Shown: piece after piece, positions 1 to 8,077 of the stretch
Layout: each line of letters opens with the position of its first letter
Numbering within the stretch: the first letter of the stretch is position 1
Source of the DNA: a virus
Taxonomy: Duplodnaviria; Caudoviricetes
Virus record (IMG/VR): IMGVR_UViG_3300027852_000043
Location: 1-60,972 of that record
Strand: one strand, 5' to 3'
Length of the DNA: 60,972 bases
The notes under the pieces: model-generated
What the model was told of the DNA's origin: nothing
The model's database searches: none
What the model saw: only the letters and a program-made list of their open reading frames with translations
Translations under genes and position numbers: made by a program

Positions 1-28
1 TGTTAATTCTTCTCTGGAAAACGGGACC
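1..28. repeat. Terminal overlap, copy 1 (circular contig junction)
   Basis: TGTTAATTCTTCTCTGGAAAACGGGACC matches 60945..60972 with one mismatch (position 9, C vs T). Confidence 0.9.
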
Positions 29-102
29 CATGTCCCGGTAGGTGTTTTGCGGTAACACAACACATCATCAATTATCGTTTCTTCGTAATGCATGGGGTTC
101 AT
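1..102 (-). CDS. N-terminal part of a hypothetical protein spanning the circular junction (continues into 60738..60944)
   Basis: AAGGGAGG RBS, then MNPMHYEETIIDDVLCYRKTPTGTWVPFSREELT, which reads in frame into DMYIKDQF of the 60738..60941 ORF. Confidence 0.8.
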   Translation of the reverse strand, partial: MNPMHYEETIIDDVLCYRKTPTGTWVPFSREELT

Positions 103-159
103 CCTCCCTTAATATTGCCACATATTTCTCATGGGCGTTATAACCGAGCCGTTTCCCCT

Positions 160-432
160 TCACCCTTCTTCTTTCACCGGATACCCCAAGCCCAACTGCT
201 CTTGCCCTATCACCCTCCCGGTGAATTTCTCTGTAATCGGTTTTGATGTCAATTTGATGGTAACTGCGGGGAACATCCCACCGTCCTTAAAGGGCGAAAA
301 CTCCACGCCCAGGCCGACGGTTAAGCCTTTCGCTGCCTGGCCGTACAATAATTCAATCTCCGTCTCATACGCCCGGAGTGCCACAGAGACAAGTTCGTTG
401 ATCTCTGTTATGGTGTCTTCATTTATTATCAT
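160..432 (-). CDS. Hypothetical protein
   Basis: ORF with GGAGGG RBS before ATG at 432. Confidence 0.6.
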   Translation of the reverse strand: MIINEDTITEINELVSVALRAYETEIELLYGQAAKGLTVGLGVEFSPFKDGGMFPAVTIKLTSKPITEKFTGRVIGQEQLGLGYPVKEEG

Positions 433-606
433 TGGTTTCCCTCCCTCAGTCTTTTGTTTGTTGTATCTCAATATAATTATTACACAATATCCAACCTCCA
501 AGATATACGGTCATATCTATATTCGAGATATCGCACCCATTGTCGCCGAGATGTTGGCAAGTTTCACAGGCATCCCAATGTGGTGCAGCTATACATCCTT
601 CCATGA

Positions 607-828
607 TTAATATTTACCTCCATTATGATGATCGTTATTATACTCCCTCAACTTCCTATTTGTGTTGATTAAATATTCTTTTGATTTTGAAGCCCAAAAA
701 TGGATTGACTCTATAATTATCAACCCTTCAGGATCATTTTTTGGAGTAAGCCAAAATATTAAGCTGAAAAGTAATCCGCAAGCAAGCAGCCTGAGTTCTC
801 TGAAAATATTTATCCTTTTCTCCTTCAT
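607..828 (-). CDS. Hypothetical membrane protein
   Basis: ORF in minus-strand operon with a hydrophobic segment LLACGLLFSLIFWL. Confidence 0.55.
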   Translation of the reverse strand: MKEKRINIFRELRLLACGLLFSLIFWLTPKNDPEGLIIIESIHFWASKSKEYLINTNRKLREYNNDHHNGGKY

Positions 829-831
829 GTT

Positions 832-1071
832 TCAGGGTATTCCCTTGATTTGCGATTTAGATTTTCGCCATTTTTCGTCTTCTGGTCTGAAATCCTTGCA
901 ACATCTCCGACAAAATATATACCCAGCGTACGTATGCTTTGACGGCTCAGGGACAGTGTGCCCCACATACTTGCAGACCCGGCCAAGAATTGAGCGCCGC
1001 CATATCCACCACCAATTTACGCGTTTCCATTTTAACCGTAAATTAATAGTTATAACTGGATACCGTAACAT
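832..1071 (-). CDS. Hypothetical protein (Cys/His-rich C-terminus)
   Basis: GGAGG RBS before ATG 1071; CKYVGH...CRRC. Confidence 0.55.
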   Translation of the reverse strand: MLRYPVITINLRLKWKRVNWWWIWRRSILGRVCKYVGHTVPEPSKHTYAGYIFCRRCCKDFRPEDEKWRKSKSQIKGIP

Positions 1072-1079
1072 ATTGCCTC

Positions 1080-1817
1080 CTATGAGGGGTACTCCCTCAC
1101 CATCAAATCCTCTGGAACCGATTCTTTGTTTGACATCTTCTTCATAAAAAAAGGAATGCCTGCCTGTTTGCATTGATCTCGAATACCTCGCGCCCAATCC
1201 GAGTCCATGTACCTTGCGCCTGGGCCTGTTTCCGCTCCAACAATTACCCAATCAATTTTATATTTATCAATGTGTATGGTTTTCCAAAGATATCGATCTA
1301 AGTTTACATATTCCAAGCAAGGTTCGATACTTACAAACCTTACCGCGGCAGGAATTTGCAAAAGAAGCGGGATTCGTTCATCTGCGGCTTTCTGGTTTTC
1401 ACAAGTTACGCCAACCCAGATGTTGGTCCATAGCTTAAAATTTTCGATGTTTCCTTCCAGGATTCGTTCTGGTCGTTTGGTGAGAAGTAAATATATATGA
1501 TGCGTAGCACCAAATATATCGCTGGTCATTGTTGCAAAAACATTGTCAACCCAGGCATTTTCTACCTTCCCATGGAATAAATCTCCCATTGAACAGACAA
1601 AAATCCTACGAGGTTTCCTCCATTTTGTGGGTTGGTCGAGACGATCTGGATGAAAAGTCACCTTAAACGGATCATCTTGAGGATAGCCATTCCGGCCTCT
1701 TAACCGGGTGGCCATCCGTTTTGCATAGCAATTGGCACACCCTTCTGAAATAGGCGTGCAGCCGGTTATCGGTGACCAAGAAGCGTCACACCATTCTATG
1801 TTTGTGTTGTCTCCCAT
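1080..1817 (-). CDS. DUF5131 / phage Gp37-Gp68 family radical-SAM-like protein
   Basis: IEWCD..WSPITGCTPISEGCANCYA (CX6CX2C), RRIFVCSMGDLFH, LLTKRPER, RFVSIEP, WVIVGAETG, PFFMK. Confidence 0.92.
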   Translation of the reverse strand: MGDNTNIEWCDASWSPITGCTPISEGCANCYAKRMATRLRGRNGYPQDDPFKVTFHPDRLDQPTKWRKPRRIFVCSMGDLFHGKVENAWVDNVFATMTSDIFGATHHIYLLLTKRPERILEGNIENFKLWTNIWVGVTCENQKAADERIPLLLQIPAAVRFVSIEPCLEYVNLDRYLWKTIHIDKYKIDWVIVGAETGPGARYMDSDWARGIRDQCKQAGIPFFMKKMSNKESVPEDLMVREYPS

Positions 1818-2029
1818 ACTCCTCCTTTACGTGCCTTTGGCCTTTCACCACGTTTGTATTTTTGGACTGTGAAAGTATGCCCACATTTGCAAGTAACTTC
1901 CACCGGGTTTCTCCCTTTAACGACATAGTGGTCAATTATGTTACACTGAGGGCATTTCCTTGCTAATCCGGTCAACCAAAAATTCGCAGGTAACGGATCT
2001 TCGTATAGCAATTCATGGGGTTCGTCCAT
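1796..2029 (-). CDS. Zinc-ribbon hypothetical protein
   Basis: CPQC...CKCG. Confidence 0.55.
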   Translation of the reverse strand: MDEPHELLYEDPLPANFWLTGLARKCPQCNIIDHYVVKGRNPVEVTCKCGHTFTVQKYKRGERPKARKGGVWETTQT

Positions 2030-2232
2030 TATAAATCCTCATTAATTTCACACTCTTTCTTTGTAACAAACTCTTCCAACAGGTTGCAAAAATAACTTTG
2101 GGGAAGACCCCGTTTAGATAGAGTCAGTTTTTTCACCTCAAAATAAGGACACCAATCGCTCTTCCCTCCATTATTACACCAATTACCCTTTGGTATTTGT
2201 TTTTCGAGAGCTGCTATTATAGTTTCCATCAA
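2029..2232 (-). CDS. Hypothetical Cys-rich protein
   Basis: Coupled ORF with overlapping stop/start. Confidence 0.55.
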   Translation of the reverse strand: MMETIIAALEKQIPKGNWCNNGGKSDWCPYFEVKKLTLSKRGLPQSYFCNLLEEFVTKKECEINEDL

Positions 2233-2474
2233 TATTCGGAAACCTTTTCTTCCGTCAGGCGGAAACCCTCACCACTCTTCCCGGCATCATACGCTTGTGC
2301 GAGAAGTTTTCCGATACCATAAACACCGTTAAAATTTCTCGAAAGGTTATTGTCTTCGGGTTCACCGTCATACACTGAAATTTTCGGCTTTCCGTCCACC
2401 TCAATGACTAACATTTGCCCATAATCTCTGGCTTCTGATGCTTTATCCGTTAATGTCAAAATTTTAATTTCCAT
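2229..2474 (-). CDS. Hypothetical phage protein
   Basis: AAGGAGG RBS; DGEPEDNNLSRNF. Confidence 0.7.
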   Translation of the reverse strand: MEIKILTLTDKASEARDYGQMLVIEVDGKPKISVYDGEPEDNNLSRNFNGVYGIGKLLAQAYDAGKSGEGFRLTEEKVSEY

Positions 2475-2586
2475 AATACCCTCCTTATGAATAATAACAA
2501 GCAGTTAACCGAACAAACCTTTACCCACCCTAACCCGCCTCCCCAAAGAAAAGAGGCGCACCTTTTTAACGATCAAACTTTTTCAT

Positions 2587-2668
2587 CGGGGACGGCGGGA
2601 GTTGAACCCGCAAAATAAAGAAGGGCCACAAACACCTTCCGCGGTAACCAATCCCCCGCTACATCCCC
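2587..2668 (-). tRNA. tRNA-like gene with a non-canonical anticodon loop (pseudo-tRNA, isotype undetermined)
   Basis: Acceptor GGGGATG/CGTCCCC, D-stem GCGG/CCGC, stem GAAGG/CCTTC with 10-nt loop TGTTTGTGGC, T-arm GCGGG-TTCAACT-CCCGC; no encoded CCA. Confidence 0.75.
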
Positions 2669-2717
2669 CATTTTCCGACTCACAGCTTCCCTCCTGTATT
2701 CAGGTTAATAAGCACTG

Positions 2718-2930
2718 TCACCCTACCCTTCGGCCTACTCTTTTACCTGGTCTCTTTGACGAGTCAGGCGGGCGTTCAGGTTCAGATTTTTTATTGACAC
2801 GTAAAAGCAGTTCTAAAACATGTTCAAGGCCCGCAATAAACGCGATTTCATATGCAAGACTTGGCCCATCCTTAAAGTGTTTTTTGTGCCAAGCAACTTC
2901 GCTTTTCACTAATTCTATTGATGCATTCAT
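2718..2930 (-). CDS. Hypothetical protein
   Basis: ORF in minus-strand operon. Confidence 0.5.
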   Translation of the reverse strand: MNASIELVKSEVAWHKKHFKDGPSLAYEIAFIAGLEHVLELLLRVNKKSEPERPPDSSKRPGKRVGRRVG

Positions 2931-2943
2931 ATTTCACAACCCA

Positions 2944-3096
2944 TCATATTTCTTCGCATTCTTCAATCCTTTGCCAATATTCATCAGCTATTTCACAATC
3001 TTGGCTGCAATATTCACTATCTTTATAGTTCCATCGCAGCCATTCTGGGTTATCATTTTCGTAATCTAACCGGCAATATTTACAACGCTTCCACAT
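2944..3096 (-). CDS. Small Cys-rich protein, probably leaderless
   Basis: MWKRCKYC...YCSQDC; ATG lies 7 nt after the -10 box of the leftward promoter. Confidence 0.55.
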   Translation of the reverse strand: MWKRCKYCRLDYENDNPEWLRWNYKDSEYCSQDCEIADEYWQRIEECEEI

Positions 3097-3103
3097 GGGA
3101 AAC

Positions 3104-3132
3104 AGCCTACCACGTCCCGATCCCCATGTCAA
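3104..3132 (-). promoter_or_regulatory. Sigma70-type leftward promoter
   Basis: TTGACA-17 bp-TAGGCT with TG extension. Confidence 0.65.
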
Positions 3133-3160
3133 GCCTTTTTTTGACGCATCAAGAAACCGT

Positions 3161-3189
3161 TTGACTTTCATCTTGCCCTGTGATACGAT
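3161..3189 (+). promoter_or_regulatory. Sigma70-type rightward promoter
   Basis: TTGACT-17 bp-TACGAT with TG extension; ATG of the HTH gene 7 nt downstream. Confidence 0.7.
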
Positions 3190-3196
3190 TTCTTCC

Positions 3197-3391
3197 ATGG
3201 ATAAATTACAGTTAGATACAGATAAGCTTCTCCAAATCCTCTCAGATATGGGCAAAAATCAATCATGGCTTGCTATCCAGGTCGGTATGTCCAAAAGTCT
3301 GGTCTCATACCACATCAGAAACAAGACGATTCGGGGCGCTGAGGTGTTCGCGCCGGTGTTTGGGGTCCGGGCTAAGGATCTGCTCAGGTAA
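3197..3391 (+). CDS. XRE/Cro-type helix-turn-helix regulator
   Basis: GKNQSWLAIQVGMSKSLVSYHI HTH; lone plus-strand gene behind a divergent promoter pair. Confidence 0.75.
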   Translation: MDKLQLDTDKLLQILSDMGKNQSWLAIQVGMSKSLVSYHIRNKTIRGAEVFAPVFGVRAKDLLR

Positions 3392-3526
3392 GCGATATTC
3401 CCCCATCACTTTCAGAACTGCCAAATCAAACTGAAACTTTATTGCCGCCTTGCTCCACTCCGGCTCGGCGTCAATCTGTTCCCGGAAGGCAATCCTTATT
3501 TTTTCAACCACTTCCTCTGTTGTCAT
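3305..3526 (-). CDS. Hypothetical protein
   Basis: ORF with AAAGGG RBS; tail overlaps the convergent HTH gene. Confidence 0.5.
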   Translation of the reverse strand: MTTEEVVEKIRIAFREQIDAEPEWSKAAIKFQFDLAVLKVMGEYRLPEQILSPDPKHRREHLSAPNRLVSDVV

Positions 3527-3548
3527 AATATGCCCTTTCTTTCGGTGG

Positions 3549-3734
3549 TCATGCTTCGTATATCATATCGTCTTTTAAAAAGCCCAGGCGATCACCAGTG
3601 CCAGTTTGATAAGTAAAATATGGTGTAACTATCCATTCATTCCTTGCCTCATCAATGATAATCCTATCGCCTGTATTATGGCCACAAACCTCCCTCAAAA
3701 CTTTTATGTTTTTACAGTGCCCCGGAAGAACCAT
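3549..3734 (-). CDS. Hypothetical protein
   Basis: GAGGAG RBS. Confidence 0.5.
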   Translation of the reverse strand: MVLPGHCKNIKVLREVCGHNTGDRIIIDEARNEWIVTPYFTYQTGTGDRLGFLKDDMIYEA

Positions 3735-3765
3735 TTTTTATCTCCTCTGTCTGTATAGCTCCACC

Positions 3766-4116
3766 TCAATCTGACACAAAATCAATCAGATATTTCCGCC
3801 GCATTCCCACTCGTAACCTCCTCAACGCGCCACCCTTTTTATACCCTTCGATTTGCCGGACCCTCTCACGGGTGATACCCAGGATCACACCTATTTCCTC
3901 AAGGGTAGAGCTTCCCCTGTCTTCAACGTCCGGGGTGCAGGTCTCAGGGAGGCTGAAAATCAGATTATAAATTTGGTCGTCTGTCAGCTTCGGACCTCTG
4001 CTCTCGTCATAGAGCGCCCAGACCATGTGACATCTAAATCTAATCCAGGGGCATGGCCTGGGGCCGTTTATACAATCCGCCCGCGTTTTCGGCGGGGTGA
4101 GCTCTATATTCTTCAT
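3766..4116 (-). CDS. Sigma-70 region-4 type HTH DNA-binding protein with Cys-rich N-terminus
   Basis: TLEEIGVILGITRERVRQIE; TRADCINGPRPCPW. Confidence 0.85.
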   Translation of the reverse strand: MKNIELTPPKTRADCINGPRPCPWIRFRCHMVWALYDESRGPKLTDDQIYNLIFSLPETCTPDVEDRGSSTLEEIGVILGITRERVRQIEGYKKGGALRRLRVGMRRKYLIDFVSD

Positions 4117-4133
4117 ATCATAGCCCTCCATGG

Positions 4134-4472
4134 TTATCCCTTTTTTTCGAAATAAAACACGATAGGGCTTTCTGTTATTTTTATTTGGCCGAATCGTAAC
4201 GCCCTATCGAATTGTGCGGTTGTTCGCAATCGGGAAACCTGCTTGCCTAATTCGTCACGCCAGACCTCCGGCCGCATACCGTGTTTATGGTTATTACATT
4301 TTGCACATGCAGGCATAAGATTATCGAATCTGTTCTTATCCAATTTTGGTTCGTGGTGGCTTAAACATTTAGGCCAATAATGATCTACCTGCATTTCCCG
4401 GAAATCAATTTTGCGCCCACAATAAGCGCAGTGACCTTCAAATTTATCATATAAGGCTTTCCGGTTTATCAT
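4134..4472 (-). CDS. HNH endonuclease
   Basis: CAYCG...VDH..P...NLMPACAKCNNHK. Confidence 0.9.
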   Translation of the reverse strand: MINRKALYDKFEGHCAYCGRKIDFREMQVDHYWPKCLSHHEPKLDKNRFDNLMPACAKCNNHKHGMRPEVWRDELGKQVSRLRTTAQFDRALRFGQIKITESPIVFYFEKKG

Positions 4473-4492
4473 TTTATGCTCCTTTCTCATGA
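4473..4492. repeat. 20-bp direct repeat containing a stop codon and RBS (second copy 5235..5254)
   Basis: TTTATGCTCCTTTCTCATGA at both positions. Confidence 0.75.
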
Positions 4493-4530
4493 CCGCCCAT
4501 ACCGGGCATATGTTCAGTGGGATTTTTTGT

Positions 4531-4687
4531 TATGCAGGGCAGGATTCGAACCTGCAAGCTGAGGCCCACCATGGATATATTACGGAGTTTTGCGCTCGAC
4601 TCAGCGGTATTCCCACCATGCATGTCTAACCCTTGGCCTCCGGGCAGTTATTGGGTTCCTTGCGTTTACCAGTTTCGCCACCTGCAT
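4531..4687 (-). ncRNA. tRNA-like RNA with a ~105-nt insert replacing the anticodon/variable arm
   Basis: Perfect acceptor ATGCAGG/CCTGCAT, D-arm GCGAAACTGGTAAACGC, T-arm GCAGG-TTCGAAT-CCTGC. Confidence 0.7.
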
Positions 4688-4844
4688 AGCAAGTAGTTAG
4701 TGGACTTCCGTGGATCTGTGAAGCCTCCCATATTTCTCTCGCAAGTATCTTTAGCATAAAAGGTCTATTGTGGACCCTTGTATGGTAAGTCTCATTACCA
4801 CCTATGCTACTCCACCATTCTTCGAACTTCACACCTTAACCCTC

Positions 4845-5069
4845 CTATTGAGACGTCCAGATCGAAGCATTACTAACCTTAATCCTGGGCGTTTGGGCCT
4901 GGGCGACTCGCGTCTCCAGGGCTGTGACCTGCTCCTGGACAGCGGTTATTGTCAGTTGGGTGTCTTCCCCTTGGCTGATCAGCAGACCAGCACAGACGGC
5001 TAACAGGCCTGCGAGGACGATTGATAAAAATTGACGCGTGGTCATTGTCATACCTGTTCGTTTTGGCAC
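4845..5069 (-). CDS. Small membrane/secreted protein
   Basis: N-terminal hydrophobic helix followed by a short coiled coil. Confidence 0.5.
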   Translation of the reverse strand: MPKRTGMTMTTRQFLSIVLAGLLAVCAGLLISQGEDTQLTITAVQEQVTALETRVAQAQTPRIKVSNASIWTSQ

Positions 5070-5233
5070 GTCTCGTCAAGATAGAGCCCTACTGTAGTGC
5101 AATTGAGCTTAGTTACACCTTCCGCACCACCATAGACAAAGGAAAAAGCCTGCTCTTTATTATGGGCGATGATTTCAAATTCAGATTCCTGATTATACTC
5201 TGCTAACTTAGCTATGACCTCACTTACTTTCAT
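5048..5233 (-). CDS. Hypothetical protein
   Basis: AAAGGAG RBS; MKVSEVIAKL start. Confidence 0.6.
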   Translation of the reverse strand: MKVSEVIAKLAEYNQESEFEIIAHNKEQAFSFVYGGAEGVTKLNCTTVGLYLDETCQNEQV

Positions 5234-5248
5234 CTTTATGCTCCTTTC

Positions 5249-5545
5249 TCATGAATCTTTTTCCGGGTAACACTCCCAACAATAAGGGCCTTCTTCATCT
5301 TTTGTGTAATTACTGTCTTCGCCTCTGCCGGCATTCCCGGTTAGTTCGCCACACTCGCAACAATACTCAAGAGTGCAACCATGGTAACGGGCGTTTACTT
5401 GGTCATGTTCGCTTTGGAATAAAGGTCTTACCCGCCCTAATTCTCTTTCTTCTTTTATTTCGTCTATCCAATCCATAGCCCAGCCCTCATAATGTGCCTC
5501 TCCCAGACACGTTCTCAGTCGTTCAACATGACTTTTGCTCGACAC
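5249..5545 (-). CDS. Hypothetical zinc-finger protein
   Basis: YCCECG...YCWEC. Confidence 0.6.
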   Translation of the reverse strand: MSSKSHVERLRTCLGEAHYEGWAMDWIDEIKEERELGRVRPLFQSEHDQVNARYHGCTLEYCCECGELTGNAGRGEDSNYTKDEEGPYCWECYPEKDS

Positions 5546-5699
5546 TGTCCCTGCAAATCCAGGCCGCCATCAACGCCGCCTGTGACTTGGCATGCCGGGG
5601 ACAGATACCGGCAGATATTATCCCAATGCCCTCAGCTAAACACCAGGGGCAGGGTTTCGAGTTTTGCTCTTCGTTCATGAATCATACTTCCTTTGAGAA

Positions 5700-5882
5700 T
5701 CAAGGGGAAACCACCCCGTATTTCAAGACAAATCCAATTGAAATCAAAGTGATTGCCCCGATAATTACTGCGGGCGCCTCTTTTGTTTTGTGGTTGTTTA
5801 AAACATCCACAGCTTTCATCATAATCCCAGCCCCTAAACAAAAAGATCCCATCATTAAAATCACCGTAGCATTTAAATCCAT
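5700..5882 (-). CDS. Small two-TM membrane protein
   Basis: GGAGGTGA RBS; two hydrophobic segments. Confidence 0.55.
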   Translation of the reverse strand: MDLNATVILMMGSFCLGAGIMMKAVDVLNNHKTKEAPAVIIGAITLISIGFVLKYGVVSP

Positions 5883-6034
5883 AGGTCACTCCTCCTTCAG
5901 CGCCCGGACTACCAGCGCCCGAACATAGGTTGCAGGTTTGTCCAAACCTTCCTTCTCCATCGCCCGCCTGAGTTTGATTTCAAGCCAGCCGGGGATCGTT
6001 ATCGTCATTTTTACGCTTGTCGTCCCTTTCATGC

Positions 6035-6313
6035 TTATCCCTCCCCTTCATCCCCGAACCCCAGATCCGGGCACTCTGTATTGTTTTCTGTTTGGAGCCT
6101 CGCCTGGACCCGGTCAACCACCAGCTGCCAGGTGGTATCCGTGATATGCTTGGCAATAGGGTCACCCAGCCAGATTTTACATTCGGTTACAACACGTCTC
6201 TTGGGTTTATTCTCACTTTTTTGGGGGAAATGAAACCGGATAAAACTTGGGACAAATACCATGTCCTCCGGTATAATCAACAGCAACCGTTCTTCAGCTT
6301 CTTTCATGTTCAT
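6035..6313 (-). CDS. Hypothetical protein
   Basis: AAGGAGG RBS. Confidence 0.6.
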   Translation of the reverse strand: MNMKEAEERLLLIIPEDMVFVPSFIRFHFPQKSENKPKRRVVTECKIWLGDPIAKHITDTTWQLVVDRVQARLQTENNTECPDLGFGDEGEG

Positions 6314-6340
6314 TTTAGTCCCTCCTTTGTGCTATCTATA

Positions 6341-6742
6341 TTATTTGCCGCCAATATATATGGCAGCAGACTTCAAATTATCAAAAACCTGACCGCCATT
6401 CCGGGTGACCATTTTCGCCACAGCACCAAGAGATTTCCATTGCCCTGTTGTAAATCGCATTTCACCATCATCCCGCAACAACACAAAGATGGTTTTTTCA
6501 GGTCTTTTGTTACTATCGTCAACGACTTCGGCTATCGAATAAACCCCTGTCATTTTTGGCGTAATAGTGTAAAGAACAAAATCGCAGGTCTCCCGCTCTT
6601 GAATTTCTTGCGCCATACAAGCTTCTGTCCAATCTGGGACAACTGGGTTGAAATATTCAATACCTTCACCAAATAAGTATATCATCATCCTGTTACGCCA
6701 GGTACTTTCGTTACAAGTGCCGCCGAGAAATACTCGTTTCAT
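6341..6742 (-). CDS. Nucleoside 2-deoxyribosyltransferase-like protein
   Basis: VFLGGTCNESTWR, YFNPVVPDW, CDFVLYTITPKMTGVYSIAE. Confidence 0.85.
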   Translation of the reverse strand: MKRVFLGGTCNESTWRNRMMIYLFGEGIEYFNPVVPDWTEACMAQEIQERETCDFVLYTITPKMTGVYSIAEVVDDSNKRPEKTIFVLLRDDGEMRFTTGQWKSLGAVAKMVTRNGGQVFDNLKSAAIYIGGK

Positions 6743-6762
6743 TTTAATCCCTCCTTTCGCGG

Positions 6763-6975
6763 TTATACGTCCATCATCCGAACAAGATAGCCCAGCCTGT
6801 GCCTGTATTTTTGCCCAACCAAGGCAGACCCCATCCATTTCAACATTTTCTTGTCATCATGCCTGCAATCCCCGCTCATCCAACCTCTAAGCTTGGACAA
6901 ATCGTCAGTTGTTTGGATGCCTTCTGTCATTCCCATCCCGCTTTTTGTAATTCCAAAATAATTAAAATTTTTCAT
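6763..6975 (-). CDS. Hypothetical protein
   Basis: AGGAG RBS. Confidence 0.55.
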   Translation of the reverse strand: MKNFNYFGITKSGMGMTEGIQTTDDLSKLRGWMSGDCRHDDKKMLKWMGSALVGQKYRHRLGYLVRMMDV

Positions 6976-6978
6976 CAG

Positions 6979-7272
6979 CTATGCTCCTGTTTTATATTCC
7001 GCCCCACAATCCGGGCAGACTACCCACCATTGACCATCTTTGTCCATGTATGCGTTACAATTCCTGAACTCGCCCGGCCCTGCGAAAATAAAACCGCATT
7101 TACATTCCACCTTGATTTCTCCTGTATTTCTTGGCTTGCCCTGCGGGTACGGACATTGCTTTCCTTTTATGAGATATGCTTGATGAACAGGTGCAACCCG
7201 CGTACCTATTGTCTTCAGGGTGTTTTTGGTGGTATTCGCACGTGTGATGTTCAACCACCGTTTCCCATTCAT
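6979..7272 (-). CDS. Zinc-ribbon protein (true start probably internal)
   Basis: ECKCG...CPDCG. Confidence 0.45.
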   Translation of the reverse strand: MNGKRWLNITRANTTKNTLKTIGTRVAPVHQAYLIKGKQCPYPQGKPRNTGEIKVECKCGFIFAGPGEFRNCNAYMDKDGQWWVVCPDCGAEYKTGA

Positions 7273-7287
7273 CTGGATAATATATTA

Positions 7288-7557
7288 TCAACATTTCGAC
7301 CTCCGAACGCAAGAATCTAACAACTGGTTATCAACCCCATTCTCTACAGTTTTCATAGCATTTTCCCGGGTTGGCTCCGTCCCTAAATAGAAGCCCGGCC
7401 CCGTCCAAATCGCAGAGCTACAACTGTATGCCCAATCTCCAGTGTCAAGCCGGTGAACCTTTGCGAAAATCTTAAATATCTTTTCGCCATCGTTTTCGCA
7501 TAAAGCCATACACCTGGTTGGACTATTTTTTATGTATTGCCAATTTATTGCGGCCAT
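7288..7557 (-). CDS. Hypothetical protein
   Basis: ORF in minus-strand operon. Confidence 0.55.
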   Translation of the reverse strand: MAAINWQYIKNSPTRCMALCENDGEKIFKIFAKVHRLDTGDWAYSCSSAIWTGPGFYLGTEPTRENAMKTVENGVDNQLLDSCVRRSKC

Positions 7558-7560
7558 ATT

Positions 7561-7597
7561 TTAACCTTTGCCGTCAGGGTCGAGCGGCTGGTTCGCA
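7561..7597 (-). mobile_element. Truncated attC site (left arm only)
   Basis: 30 bp (7564..7593) identical to 8303..8332 of the intact attC. Confidence 0.7.
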
Positions 7598-7827
7598 CCA
7601 CGTCCTGAGAATTTCTTACCGCGCGCAACGACTTGCCCAGACGGATCGACATAAACTTTGCCTGCCTTACATAGTTGGCCGTTGACAGTTATGGTTCTCG
7701 GGCCACTGACATGCACTCCATGGGCGGTCAAGAAGGCATCAATGGCAGTAGCTATTTCACATCCGGTCATAATAATATCTACTCCTGGTCCATATTTGGT
7801 TGTACCCTTGCCGTGTTTTATTTTCAT
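7561..7827 (-). CDS. Hypothetical phage protein reading into an attC half-site
   Basis: YGPGVDI..TG.EIATAIDAFL..H.V..SGPRTI.VNG; ends ANQPLDPDGKG, a translated attC left arm. Confidence 0.7.
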   Translation of the reverse strand: MKIKHGKGTTKYGPGVDIIMTGCEIATAIDAFLTAHGVHVSGPRTITVNGQLCKAGKVYVDPSGQVVARGKKFSGRGANQPLDPDGKG

Positions 7828-8024
7828 GACATACCCCCTTTTATTCCCCCTTTTTTGCGGTTTTTTGGTATAGCTTGTTCAAGTTTTTTAATGTCTTCTA
7901 TGAGACCAGCAAATGATAATCTTAGCAAGTCATCGTATTCAAGCCCTTGCAGACCAAGAGCTGACTTTGCGACTATCCCAGAGAGCAATGCAATTTCAAT
8001 CTGTTTTCTCGGCTCTATCTTCAT
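7824..8024 (-). CDS. Hypothetical protein
   Basis: AAGGAG RBS. Confidence 0.55.
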   Translation of the reverse strand: MKIEPRKQIEIALLSGIVAKSALGLQGLEYDDLLRLSFAGLIEDIKKLEQAIPKNRKKGGIKGGMS

Positions 8025-8036
8025 CTTTCATCTCCT

Positions 8037-8077
8037 TCGGCCCGGCTTTTTGAGTCCGCTGCACTGGCTGACTATGT
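8037..8077 (-). mobile_element. Degenerate/truncated attC site
   Basis: ACATAGT-CAGCC-AGTGCAGC-GGACTCAAAAAGCCGGGCC; closely resembles 13426..13483. Confidence 0.55.

Noticed and set aside
2493-2515. Further attC right-arm candidates (GGTTAAC-TGCTT-GTTATTA here; also near 60722 and 14100)
   Set aside because: No matching left arm, and too short to distinguish from chance.
4531-4687. tmRNA
   Set aside because: It is only 157 nt, has a full D-stem, and lacks the GGGG..CCA alanine acceptor and a tag reading frame.
6017-6676. Long opposite-strand ORFs (e.g. 6017..6676, 11128..11805, 17825..18478, 2602..3069)
   Set aside because: They are antisense shadows of motif-supported genes or RNA genes, without RBS or recognisable motifs.
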